From a virus, in IMG/VR virus record IMGVR_UViG_3300027963_000040: a stretch of 64,000 nt of DNA. The stretch is one strand, 5' to 3'. Below the pieces are notes generated by a model that did not search any database, was not told where the DNA came from, and worked only from the letters and a program-made list of their open reading frames with translations. Both the position numbers and the translations under genes were made by a program. The first letter of the stretch is position 1, and each line of letters opens with the position of its first letter. Below, in pieces: positions 1 through 8,359 of this stretch.

Positions 1-119
1 TCAGCCCCATTATCAGAAAGCCAGGTTTTGGCCATAGTTTCAGCCTCATCAAGAGAGCGCGCAAGCGCCACGCTATAAGAGGCATCATCAACGTAGTAGA
101 TAACCAGGTAGAGCTTCAT
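1..119 (-). CDS. small early hypothetical protein, 5' part (runs off window)
   Basis: Manual translation MKLYLVIYYVDDASYSVALARSLDEAETMAKTWL...; AGGAG RBS and its own promoter upstream. Confidence 0.75.
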   Translation of the reverse strand, partial: MKLYLVIYYVDDASYSVALARSLDEAETMAKTWLSDNGA

Positions 120-143
120 CGTTTTCTCCTTCATCATAAAAAC

Positions 144-172
144 ATCATAGCCTGTTTTTGAAAATAAGTCAA
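144..172 (-). promoter_or_regulatory. sigma70-type early promoter
   Basis: TTGACT-17 nt-TATGAT. Confidence 0.8.
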
Positions 173-194
173 GCGAAAAAACATTAAGATTTGT

Positions 195-347
195 TTATTC
201 GTCGCAGTCGATGATCACGGCGCATCCCGGATCGTCACCAACATCGACGACGGGATTGACGTGCATCCCGGAAATCCAATTCAAAACATACACCTTGGCA
301 TCCGGATCTTGGTCGCGGAGGATATCCATCAGTTGAGAAACGGTCAT
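195..347 (-). CDS. 50-aa early hypothetical protein (below ORF-track cutoff)
   Basis: MTVSQLMDILRDQDPDAKVYVL...IIDCDE; AAAGGAAAG RBS and its own promoter. Confidence 0.75.
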   Translation of the reverse strand: MTVSQLMDILRDQDPDAKVYVLNWISGMHVNPVVDVGDDPGCAVIIDCDE

Positions 348-374
348 TTTCTTTCCTTTCGATCTTATAAAAGC

Positions 375-403
375 ATACTAGCTTATTTTTGAAAATAAGT
401 CAA
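375..403 (-). promoter_or_regulatory. sigma70-type early promoter
   Basis: TTGACT-17 nt-TAGTAT, spacer nearly identical to that at 144-172. Confidence 0.75.
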
Positions 404-873
404 GCACTTTTTTTGAGGCTGTCAAGGAATTTTTGAGCCTTGACGTGCTCAACGAACCGAACGTACAACCCTCGCTCGCGACCGTATGCCTCAATCTCCC
501 AGGGCAGGTCCCAGTACTCAACCTGAGACCAGTCGCGCTTCTCATTGCGCCAACGCTGCAGCTTAGAATCGCTCATATAGTCGCGAAGCTCGCCAGTAGC
601 GTACTGCTTGACGTGCACCATTTCATGAGCTAGGGAAATGAATGTTTCACGCTTACTCATCCCTTTCTCAAGAGTGATAGTAAACTCGCGCGGACGAGCA
701 ATATCGTCTTCCCACGTAGCGCTATTACCTTGAGTTTTACTGAAGAACAACCGAACCTTCAGGTTCTTGATGAGGTTCTTACCCATCAATAGTTCGCCGT
801 AGAACTGTGCGGCAGCCTCAAGCTCGTCGATAACCAGAGAAACTCCGGTAATATCAAACGTTCGAATCTGCAT
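400..873 (-). CDS. HExxH zinc-metallopeptidase-like phage protein
   Basis: LAHEMVHVKQ plus PWEIEA motif; start at 873 chosen from AAAGGA RBS. Confidence 0.65.
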   Translation of the reverse strand: MQIRTFDITGVSLVIDELEAAAQFYGELLMGKNLIKNLKVRLFFSKTQGNSATWEDDIARPREFTITLEKGMSKRETFISLAHEMVHVKQYATGELRDYMSDSKLQRWRNEKRDWSQVEYWDLPWEIEAYGRERGLYVRFVEHVKAQKFLDSLKKSA

Positions 874-898
874 CTTCAATCCTTTCATCACATTACTG

Positions 899-926
899 AT
901 TATACCGGGATCGGTGAAAAAGTCAA
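899..926 (-). promoter_or_regulatory. sigma70-type early promoter
   Basis: TTGACT-16 nt-TATAAT. Confidence 0.75.
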
Positions 927-935
927 GCAGTATTT

Positions 936-1151
936 TTACATATCACGGGGAGCCCAGCACCCCATTTCAAAAATATATTCATCACCGTCATCATCAACAA
1001 AAATAAAATCAAAACCCGGCATAAACTCAGCTTCAGGGTAACATTCAGCTTCAGCCTTCAAAATATATTCATAAGCCGATTCAAACGTAAAGCCCGAACC
1101 GAACTCAAAAACAGCGGCATTTTCAGCATTCACAGCGAAAAAATGGGTCAT
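936..1151 (-). CDS. small acidic early hypothetical protein
   Basis: 71-aa ORF with AAAGGA RBS and its own promoter. Confidence 0.75.
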   Translation of the reverse strand: MTHFFAVNAENAAVFEFGSGFTFESAYEYILKAEAECYPEAEFMPGFDFIFVDDDGDEYIFEMGCWAPRDM

Positions 1152-1179
1152 CAGTTTTTTCCTTTCGTCTTATAAAATC

Positions 1180-1208
1180 ATATTAGCCTATTTTTGAAAA
1201 AAAGTCAA
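1180..1208 (-). promoter_or_regulatory. sigma70-type early promoter
   Basis: TTGACT-17 nt-TAATAT. Confidence 0.8.
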
Positions 1209-1226
1209 GCACCTTTTTCAAAAATG

Positions 1227-1301
1227 TTTTAGGTCCTGACGTTGGGTTAGAAATCTCGAATCAGGGGATTATAGGGTCTAACCCAACGTCAGGACCTAAA
1301 A
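1227..1301. repeat. perfect 25-bp inverted repeat with 25-nt spacer
   Basis: ttttaggtcctgacgttgggttaga / tctaacccaacgtcaggacctaaaa. Confidence 0.95.
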
Positions 1302-1307
1302 AACACT

Positions 1308-1375
1308 AAACCGTTGATTTACCTAGATTTTCGTGATTATCTTATAGCTGAAAAATCTAGGTAAATCAACGGTTT
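1308..1375. repeat. perfect 24-bp inverted repeat with 20-nt spacer
   Basis: aaaccgttgatttacctagatttt / aaaatctaggtaaatcaacggttt. Confidence 0.95.
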
Positions 1376-1380
1376 GTAAA

Positions 1381-1608
1381 TCAGGTAGGTTTCACCGTTG
1401 ATGGGCGAGCGACGATTGAGCCTTTTTCAAAAAGCTCGCCAGCCGCGCATTTAGAACGGTACAAAAGCCCAGATTCGTAAGATCGTTTTCCGCCAAACAG
1501 TCCACGGAATTTTAATCCGTAGAGGTCTTTAGGGGTGCCAGGGCGGCACCGTTTCACGGCACCACCACGGGCGAAAAATTCGGCGATCAGCTTTTCATCG
1601 TTCGTCAT
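1381..1608 (-). CDS. small basic hypothetical protein, probably on a leaderless mRNA
   Basis: 75-aa ORF; ATG is 6 nt after the predicted -10 box. Confidence 0.6.
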   Translation of the reverse strand: MTNDEKLIAEFFARGGAVKRCRPGTPKDLYGLKFRGLFGGKRSYESGLLYRSKCAAGELFEKGSIVARPSTVKPT

Positions 1609-1614
1609 ATTGTC

Positions 1615-1643
1615 AGCTTACCCTAAGACTGGAAAAAAAGCAA
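1615..1643 (-). promoter_or_regulatory. divergent promoter (leftward)
   Basis: TTGCTT-17 nt-TAAGCT; shares cttagggtaa..tgacaatat with the rightward promoter. Confidence 0.6.
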
Positions 1644-1823
1644 GATTTTTCTTTTTGAATGAAATCAATGACTTAATAATCGGCGTTTCACAACCCATTG
1701 AAATCGTTAGGGATTATTTTTTTCGAAAAAAATAAAAAAATCGGGAAAAATAATGTTCTTAGTTTTCAACGTCTTAGCTTCTTAGAATTCTTAACCCACT
1801 GCTATCGTTCGTTTTTATTTCTC

Positions 1824-1852
1824 TTGCCTTTTTATCCTTCTTAGGGTAATAT
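1824..1852 (+). promoter_or_regulatory. divergent promoter (rightward)
   Basis: TTGCCT-17 nt-TAATAT upstream of the ATPase gene. Confidence 0.65.
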
Positions 1853-1880
1853 GACAATATAACGTGAAGGGAAAAATCTG

Positions 1881-2759
1881 ATGCCTCGTGGTGTTCCTAA
1901 GTCTGGTTTTCGTGCTCCCCGTGGCGCTCATGGCGCTGCTAAGATCGCTAAGATCCTTAACGTCGTCCCTGCTCAAATTCCGGTGGTCGTTGAGACCGAT
2001 GCCGAAATCGAAGCCAAGCTGGCTGACCGTTTTGAGATTCTTGAGACGATGACCGATGCAGCGATCTCGGGTGATGCCCGTGCGCTGATCGTGTCCGGTC
2101 CTGCCGGTCTCGGCAAGTCCTACACGGTTGAGAAGGCTCTCAATGCATGGGACCCTAACGCGATCAACTACAAGATCGTGAAGGGTTATATCAAGGCTCC
2201 GGGTCTTTACAAGCTGCTGCACTCGCATCGTGGTGCCGGTCAGGTTCTGGTGTTCGATGACGCCGATGAGGTGTTCCTTGATGACACTGCTGTCAATCTG
2301 CTGAAGGCAGCTTGTGATACCAGCGAGCGTCGCGTGATTTCTTACATCACCGAAGGCACTCTTATTGATGAAGAGACTGCTGAGCGCCTGCCCAAGAGCT
2401 TCCAGTTTGAAGGCACGATTATCTTTATCACCAACTATGATTTTGACGCGATGATCGAGCGTGGCAGCAAGCTTGCTCCGCACCTGCAGGCTCTGGTTTC
2501 TCGTGCACATTACATGGACTTGGCGATGAAGACCAAGCGCGACTACCTGATCCGCATTCGTCAGGTGATTCGTCATGGTCTTCTGCGTAACATCGGTCTT
2601 ACCGATGAAGCGCAGCTTGATGTGGTTGACTTCATTGAGGACAACCAGGACCGCCTGCGCGAGCTTTCCCTGCGCATGGCGCTCAAGATTGGTGCGATCC
2701 GCCGCAAGGGTGCGGCTAACTGGAAAAAGGTGGCACGGGTCACCTGCTGCAAGAATTGA
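1881..2759 (+). CDS. P-loop AAA-type ATPase
   Basis: Walker A GPAGLGKS, Walker B VLVFDDAD, IFITN sensor-1, SR arginine-finger-like motif. Confidence 0.85.
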   Translation: MPRGVPKSGFRAPRGAHGAAKIAKILNVVPAQIPVVVETDAEIEAKLADRFEILETMTDAAISGDARALIVSGPAGLGKSYTVEKALNAWDPNAINYKIVKGYIKAPGLYKLLHSHRGAGQVLVFDDADEVFLDDTAVNLLKAACDTSERRVISYITEGTLIDEETAERLPKSFQFEGTIIFITNYDFDAMIERGSKLAPHLQALVSRAHYMDLAMKTKRDYLIRIRQVIRHGLLRNIGLTDEAQLDVVDFIEDNQDRLRELSLRMALKIGAIRRKGAANWKKVARVTCCKN

Positions 2760-2773
2760 GAGGAGAAAATCTG

Positions 2774-3034
2774 ATGTTTAAGTTTGACCTTGGCGATGTA
2801 ATCTATTATCTCGGGGACAATATGATTTGTTCCGCGCCTGTTCTTTCGCGGATGCGGGTTGAAAATGCCCACCCGGACTGGAATGCTACAGCTGGACAGC
2901 AAAAGCTTTTTCAGATGTTCGGTCCGGATCGCGAAGTTTACGCGACGTGTCACGGTAATATTTTAGCCGAAGAAGCGTTCAGATCAGCTCGCGAGCTGGC
3001 TGAATGGCTGATAAAGGATGCTGAAGGGGAATGA
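2774..3034 (+). CDS. hypothetical protein
   Basis: AGGAG RBS before ATG 2774; MFKFDLGDVIYY start. Confidence 0.7.
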   Translation: MFKFDLGDVIYYLGDNMICSAPVLSRMRVENAHPDWNATAGQQKLFQMFGPDREVYATCHGNILAEEAFRSARELAEWLIKDAEGE

Positions 3035-3084
3035 TACGCTAGGTTAATTGATACACTAATACAGAAATGATGAGAGGTGGAAGC

Positions 3085-3438
3085 TTATTCGGCTTCCACC
3101 TCTTTTTTGTTTTGGTCTGGCGTGTCAACGATGACGTACTTGGCACGTTCATCTAGTTGGGGATAGGCTCTTAGTATCTTACGAACTTCAATCAGTTGAT
3201 CAATCGCCTTTCTGATTGTGTTCTGAACAACCTTATCGTTGTTCCCTTCTTCAAGATCATACAGAGCGGATTGTAGATTGCTGTCTACAGAATAATCCAC
3301 CTGAATCACCAAACCCTCGTCTCTTTCAACTGTTTCAAGAGGCGGAAAAAGAAGCTCGGTGACTTGCTGAAGCTCCTCTGATCTTAGGATGATGGGTTTA
3401 GGTTTCAGCCACTTTAACATTGTTTTTTCGCTTTCCAA
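3085..3438 (-). CDS. hypothetical protein
   Basis: ORF overlapping the regA 3' end; start uncertain. Confidence 0.6.
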   Translation of the reverse strand: MESEKTMLKWLKPKPIILRSEELQQVTELLFPPLETVERDEGLVIQVDYSVDSNLQSALYDLEEGNNDKVVQNTIRKAIDQLIEVRKILRAYPQLDERAKYVIVDTPDQNKKEVEAE

Positions 3439-3817
3439 TAGAGTACTTGGACTCTAAAATCCATTCTGACTTTTCTTTGTGTGGTAAAATCTTAATATGA
3501 CTCATAGGAGCCATTGGCTCTTCGAATCTTTCATTATGCACAATCTTAACCAAGTTCCATTCTTGAAGAAGATTTGCTATGGAGTTTCTGCGTCCCTTAT
3601 CTTCATCACTGAAGTCGGACTGTTTTCCATCTAACAAAAACAACTCTTTGAAGTGAACGATGTAGTATTTGCCACGTTTGTGTAGGATGTGACAGGACTG
3701 GTACAGTTTCTTTTCTTTCTTGGAGGCAACGCCGATACGAGTAAGAGTTTCCTTAATCTTTAGGAAATCTTCTTCTTCAGCTATGTTCACCTCCAATAAT
3801 GTATCTAACAAAGTCAT
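3398..3817 (-). CDS. regA: translational repressor RegA
   Basis: DFLKIKETLTRIGVAS...LYQSCHILHKRGKYYIVHFKELF; follows gp62. Confidence 0.95.
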   Translation of the reverse strand: MTLLDTLLEVNIAEEEDFLKIKETLTRIGVASKKEKKLYQSCHILHKRGKYYIVHFKELFLLDGKQSDFSDEDKGRRNSIANLLQEWNLVKIVHNERFEEPMAPMSHIKILPHKEKSEWILESKYSIGKRKNNVKVAET

Positions 3818-3858
3818 AAGTTACCTCACAAAAGCAGTTTTTGCTTTTATTTAGGTAA

Positions 3859-4380
3859 TTACTTTCTTTTCAGCTTCAAGTCTTTTGTTTCCAGGTAAAC
3901 ATACTTTGCGAGGAACTCTTTACGCTGATCTTCTGACAGAACCTTCCAAAATGCTCTGGTCTTATTGAAGTTGTAGCCTATCACCTCAGCCACATCTTCA
4001 AGAAGCTTGATTTCTCGCTTCTCCTCATCGCTCTTCTTCAGCCACTTCTTACGGCGAACCTTCTTAGGAAGCGCGTAGAAAAGATAGTCATGCTGCATCT
4101 TCTTTTCAAGATTGTAACACTGGTTCATAAGCGAAGCATGATGCAGTGTATCAATATGGATAGAGAACGCACGATTGATGGTGAATGGTGTGTACTCCTT
4201 GGCAGTTTCATCGTCAAAGAGATAGCTCTTTTCCTCTGAGATGGAGTTGACGAAGGACCAGATGTTAGTGCCTGTTCCCCATTTTTCCTCTTCAACTTCG
4301 GGTTTGATTTCAATCTGACCGAAGAGAGTTGAAAGAGTCTCCTTGTCTGAAGACTCCTTCTTTTTGGGCTTTACTGCCAT
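3859..4380 (-). CDS. gp62: clamp loader small subunit
   Basis: YTPFTINRAFS...MN...MQHDYL motif; lies between gp44 and regA. Confidence 0.85.
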   Translation of the reverse strand: MAVKPKKKESSDKETLSTLFGQIEIKPEVEEEKWGTGTNIWSFVNSISEEKSYLFDDETAKEYTPFTINRAFSIHIDTLHHASLMNQCYNLEKKMQHDYLFYALPKKVRRKKWLKKSDEEKREIKLLEDVAEVIGYNFNKTRAFWKVLSEDQRKEFLAKYVYLETKDLKLKRK

Positions 4381-5309
4381 TCAAGTTCCATCATCAGCTC
4401 GACGAAGAATGCCAGGAGGTTGATTTCCTGATCGACAACGAAGGCTGCCTTATATTGATAGTCGGCGATCTTCAAAACCAAGAGCGGGATAGTCTTCTTT
4501 GCGACATAGGCATCAGATGCTTCGTAAACAGAACGGAAGATGGTGTTCTGATCCTGATCCGAGTTATCGTGAACCCACTTACGAACGTCTTCAAACTTCT
4601 TCGCCTTGCAAGCAGCAAACAACTCCTGCATTGAGACATTCTGAAAGCTGCTCAGGATACCGCTATCAATCTTACCCAGGGCTGAGTAGCGTTGAAGCTC
4701 GTTGAGAACTCGACGCCAATCCGGGAAGAAAGATTCAATTACGGAAACCACCACAACCTTTTCGTACTCAACGTTCTCGTTCTTGAGAATGCACTCAGTG
4801 CGCTTCAGGAACTGAACAGCGAGCTTCGCCATATCCTTTTTACCGATCTTAAAATCGATGACAGAGCACCGAGAATGAAGAGGCTTGATGATACGGTTCT
4901 TGAAGTTGCAGGTCAGAATGAACCCACAGTTCTTAGAGAATTCCTCCATGAAGTTACGGAGGGCTGGCTGGGTTGAGTTTTGATTCAGATAGTCAGCCTC
5001 ATCAAGGATGACATACTTTCTCCCACCAGTCATTGAAACAGCTGAGGCGAAGTTGAGGATATCGTTACGGAGCGTATCAATGTTGCCATTCATAGATCCA
5101 TTGATCACGATATAATCGCAGCCGAGCTCTTCAAGCATGGCTCGAGCGACAGTGGTCTTACCAACTCCGGCAGAACCAGAGAGGATAAGATTAGGAACAT
5201 TCTTTTGATCAACGAACTGCTGAAACGTCTGCTTCAGGTCCGCTGGTAAAATAGTCTCTTCGATCTTCTTAGGACGATATTTTTCGACCCAGAGGAATTG
5301 TTCAAGCAT
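4371..5309 (-). CDS. gp44: clamp loader large subunit (RFC-like AAA+)
   Basis: LWVEKYRP, GSAGVGKTT, ILDEAD, HSRC. Confidence 0.95.
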   Translation of the reverse strand: MLEQFLWVEKYRPKKIEETILPADLKQTFQQFVDQKNVPNLILSGSAGVGKTTVARAMLEELGCDYIVINGSMNGNIDTLRNDILNFASAVSMTGGRKYVILDEADYLNQNSTQPALRNFMEEFSKNCGFILTCNFKNRIIKPLHSRCSVIDFKIGKKDMAKLAVQFLKRTECILKNENVEYEKVVVVSVIESFFPDWRRVLNELQRYSALGKIDSGILSSFQNVSMQELFAACKAKKFEDVRKWVHDNSDQDQNTIFRSVYEASDAYVAKKTIPLLVLKIADYQYKAAFVVDQEINLLAFFVELMMELEWQ

Positions 5310-5311
5310 TA

Positions 5312-5632
5312 TCAGTTTCCTTCGCATAGAAAATTGGAAAGTGTTGAAGTCGGCTGTTTATTCAATCGCGAATGCCTTGTACGTTTCCTTTCATCGAAAC
5401 AAATCTTACAAAATCCTTCTAGATCTTTAGCTTGTATATGTTCTGCTGGCATATTTTGAAGACCTGACTGCCTGTAGAAATTGGAATAGACTTGAGGCTG
5501 TAATGTCCAGCAGGTTTTGTTTGTGCAATATTTGACCCTAAGACCCTTCTTGCCAAACAAAGTTGATTCGTTTAAGTTAACAGCTGTTTTCGCGGTGATA
5601 ACCGGGATAACACCAGAACGAGCCCAACGCAT
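5312..5632 (-). CDS. hypothetical Cys-containing protein
   Basis: CTNKTC and CKIC pairs; fills the gp45-gp44 gap. Confidence 0.6.
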   Translation of the reverse strand: MRWARSGVIPVITAKTAVNLNESTLFGKKGLRVKYCTNKTCWTLQPQVYSNFYRQSGLQNMPAEHIQAKDLEGFCKICFDERKRTRHSRLNKQPTSTLSNFLCEGN

Positions 5633-5660
5633 AAAATTCTTTCCGTCGATTTATGCATAA

Positions 5661-5688
5661 ATCGGGGAGGATTTATGCCCTCCCCGAT
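5661..5688 (-). terminator. GC-rich hairpin after gp45 (weak terminator or processing site)
   Basis: atcggggagg / cctccccgat 10-bp stem, short U tail. Confidence 0.5.
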
Positions 5689-5693
5689 ATGCA

Positions 5694-6347
5694 TCAAAAA
5701 TTGCTAGAGGCTTCTACAGCAATCCAGTAAGTCGCTTCGAGACCAACAAACTTAGAGATGCCCTTAGAAGAAATCTGAACCTGATAGTCGCCATCCATAA
5801 TCTTCATATTCTCAGGACGGAAGATAGCGCGGAATGCCTTATCTGTTTCACCAACAGAGATCTTATATTCACCAGACGAACCAGACTTGGAGTCGATGGC
5901 ACAAAGATACATATTCGCACCATCACCAATAACAGCAATTTCAGGAAGGTTTAGAACGCCCAAACCCTTCATCACGCTCTGAATATCCTTGTTGCTGAGA
6001 TTGAACTCAGCATCCACGGAAGGAAGCTTGATTTCCTTCTCAGGAGGAACCATAATGTTGGAAACTTCGCAGAAAGGGTAATTCATAAACTGATTATTGG
6101 AATGAATCGCAATAGTTTGAACGCCGAATTCAACCTCCGGATTTTCAAACATAGACAACGCTCCAATAAAACGATTCAGCTCGAATATACCGGTAACTTC
6201 GGGGAACTCATCTGGTACAGTCGCCCTCGCCATAATGGTCTTGTTCGGGGAAATGGTCGCGACCAAATTCCCAGGCTTCAGGACGATCGAAGTGTTGATC
6301 GTCGAAAAGTTCTTGAAAACATTGATAGTCTTAGCACTAAGTTTCAT
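5694..6347 (-). CDS. gp45: sliding clamp
   Basis: MKLSAKTINVFKNFSTIN start, YWIAVE end; synteny. Confidence 0.95.
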   Translation of the reverse strand: MKLSAKTINVFKNFSTINTSIVLKPGNLVATISPNKTIMARATVPDEFPEVTGIFELNRFIGALSMFENPEVEFGVQTIAIHSNNQFMNYPFCEVSNIMVPPEKEIKLPSVDAEFNLSNKDIQSVMKGLGVLNLPEIAVIGDGANMYLCAIDSKSGSSGEYKISVGETDKAFRAIFRPENMKIMDGDYQVQISSKGISKFVGLEATYWIAVEASSNF

Positions 6348-6381
6348 TATATATCTCCATGTTTAATATCATAGTAACGTC

Positions 6382-6410
6382 ATTATAAAGCTAAACTTGG
6401 GAAAAGTCAA
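6382..6410 (-). promoter_or_regulatory. sigma70-type promoter for gp45
   Basis: TTGACT-17 nt-TATAAT. Confidence 0.8.
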
Positions 6411-7261
6411 GACTTTTTCTTGTTCTTACCCAACTGACTTGGGTCAGCTGTTGCAGGCGCTCCGATAGAAGCAAGATCAATAAGAGAACCGCCGAAGATG
6501 TAAGAACCTACGTGCTGCAGCTTCATCCATGGGCAATACCAAATCTTACCGCCAATCTCAATCATCTTCTGACAGAACCAATAGTCTTCCGAAAGATAAC
6601 GCTTAGAAACCGGATCGATCTCAGCCTGAAAGAACTGCATAATCTCACGCGAACCGTCAAAAGCTTCGGTGCGGACATGGTCAGGCTTGTAACTGTATTG
6701 TGGAAATGCCTTTTCAAATCTCTCGAAGGCAGAACGGCGAGTCATCATGAAGCCTGTACCAACTTCCATAACCTCAACTGGCTGATCAATACGAATGTTT
6801 CCGCCACCACCCTTCGGGTTGAATACGAAATCACCAACATACTTTTCAAGAACGTTCGGATCTTCGTCAGCAACACCCTTGTCAACAGCAAGCTTGATCT
6901 TTTCCCAGCTGATGCACTTCTTAGGATACGGACCGGCAAGAACGTCGTATTCTGTATCATCACCCTGTAACGCAAGCATCGCAAGAACGTCACGCGGATC
7001 AAATCCGATGTCTGAGTCAATGAACATCATATGAGTGCAGTCAGAACGCATAAACTCATCAACGCAGTAGTTTCGCGCGCGAGTGATGAGTGACTCGTTG
7101 AACAGGAAGTAAGAGCGTAGCTCGATACCGTTCGAGGTGCAGATAGACGACAAGTCTGCTACTGACTTAGCAAACATACCAGCGCATTGCCCACCATACA
7201 TGGGAGCCGCAAGAAACAGTTTACGCTTACGCAGTTCTTCAATTTCAATTGAGATTTCCAT
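6407..7261 (-). CDS. GT-A fold (GT2-like) glycosyltransferase
   Basis: ESLITRARN, FIDSDI (DxD), GTGFM, SEDYWFC motifs. Confidence 0.75.
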   Translation of the reverse strand: MEISIEIEELRKRKLFLAAPMYGGQCAGMFAKSVADLSSICTSNGIELRSYFLFNESLITRARNYCVDEFMRSDCTHMMFIDSDIGFDPRDVLAMLALQGDDTEYDVLAGPYPKKCISWEKIKLAVDKGVADEDPNVLEKYVGDFVFNPKGGGGNIRIDQPVEVMEVGTGFMMTRRSAFERFEKAFPQYSYKPDHVRTEAFDGSREIMQFFQAEIDPVSKRYLSEDYWFCQKMIEIGGKIWYCPWMKLQHVGSYIFGGSLIDLASIGAPATADPSQLGKNKKKS

Positions 7262-7547
7262 GATCTAATCCTTTTTGTTTGTAGTGATCATTATGCATCA
7301 TCAGTAAGATGTAATGCATTGCTTTTGTTAGGTCGGCTTTGTTGTTTCCGTTTTTCTTTCCGTAACGCCATAAATATTTTATTGCTGTGTCTCGGAAAGT
7401 AGTGGTGGCATCGCCTAATGCGATCCAAGCATCAAAACACTCAATGTTGTCAGATGCTTTGTAGTGCTCACCGTACGTCTTATCTATATAGGCAAGAAAA
7501 TCTTGAAGGATCAACCCTTCTTCGTACTTATAGTCAATTTTGCTCAT
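7245..7547 (-). CDS. DUF3310 / T7 gp1.7-like nucleotide kinase domain protein
   Basis: HY...IECFD...AIKYLWRYGKK...DLTKAMHY. Confidence 0.75.
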   Translation of the reverse strand: MSKIDYKYEEGLILQDFLAYIDKTYGEHYKASDNIECFDAWIALGDATTTFRDTAIKYLWRYGKKNGNNKADLTKAMHYILLMMHNDHYKQKGLDHGNLN

Positions 7548-8359
7548 AAAAAGAAACTTTCAATACTAGCTCCAGCTTCCTTACGAGTATCCTTCAGACG
7601 AAGCTCGGCATTGCCTGTAGTTTCACGAATATACATCGTGCAGTATTCAGGAAACATTTCGGCGATCTTAGAAATTGATTCGTGAACGTATTCCTTGGTT
7701 CTGATAGTCTGCAGACCACCATCTTCTTTGTAATAATTAGACTTCACAGTATAGTTGTCGAAACGGCAGAGAACGCCATTGTGAATGTACTGACGAATCG
7801 AGTACTCATAGTCTTCGCCGTGATTCGTAACCCTCTGCAGGTCATCATGATGTTCAACAACAACACCAAACATCGATGCAATGATATAGCAAAGCTTGGT
7901 GTAGACACGATCCTTCATGAAGTAGGCATTAGAGGCTGCATAGATACCAAATGTTTTAGAACCAATATTTTCACACTCATCAAAACCACGCTTGATGATT
8001 TCCTCGTACAGATCATCAATCGGTCCAAGCTTTTGTTCGCTGATTTTACGCTGTACTTCTTCAACGTCATCATCAAACATCATAAGCTTGGTTCCTTCAG
8101 GATACCAACGCTCGATGAAGTTTCGTTGCGCTCCGATCGTAGGAACACCAAGAACAATCTTATTGTGTGGCGTATCCTTTAGAGACTTACTGTAAATCTC
8201 GAACTCTTCTTCATTGGCAACGAAGATGTTAATTTTTTCTGGAGGAATATTATGACCCTCCAGAACCTTCAGAGTCTTCTTCTTGATAGTCTCAGGTCGT
8301 TTGTAGCTGGGAATCGCAATCTTATAATCAATCATATCAAACCTTTCAGAAAAAAGCAT
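7544..8359 (-). CDS. TET-associated glycosyltransferase-like (GT-A) protein
   Basis: IAIPSYKR, MMFDDD, EDYEYS, GGLQ motifs; directly downstream of the TET/JBP gene; start may be a few codons later. Confidence 0.75.
   Translation of the reverse strand: MLFSERFDMIDYKIAIPSYKRPETIKKKTLKVLEGHNIPPEKINIFVANEEEFEIYSKSLKDTPHNKIVLGVPTIGAQRNFIERWYPEGTKLMMFDDDVEEVQRKISEQKLGPIDDLYEEIIKRGFDECENIGSKTFGIYAASNAYFMKDRVYTKLCYIIASMFGVVVEHHDDLQRVTNHGEDYEYSIRQYIHNGVLCRFDNYTVKSNYYKEDGGLQTIRTKEYVHESISKIAEMFPEYCTMYIRETTGNAELRLKDTRKEAGASIESFFL

Noticed and set aside
1815-2953. Long minus-strand ORFs 1815-2576 and 2573-2953
   Set aside because: Antisense shadows of the ATPase operon, which has the promoter, RBS and motifs.
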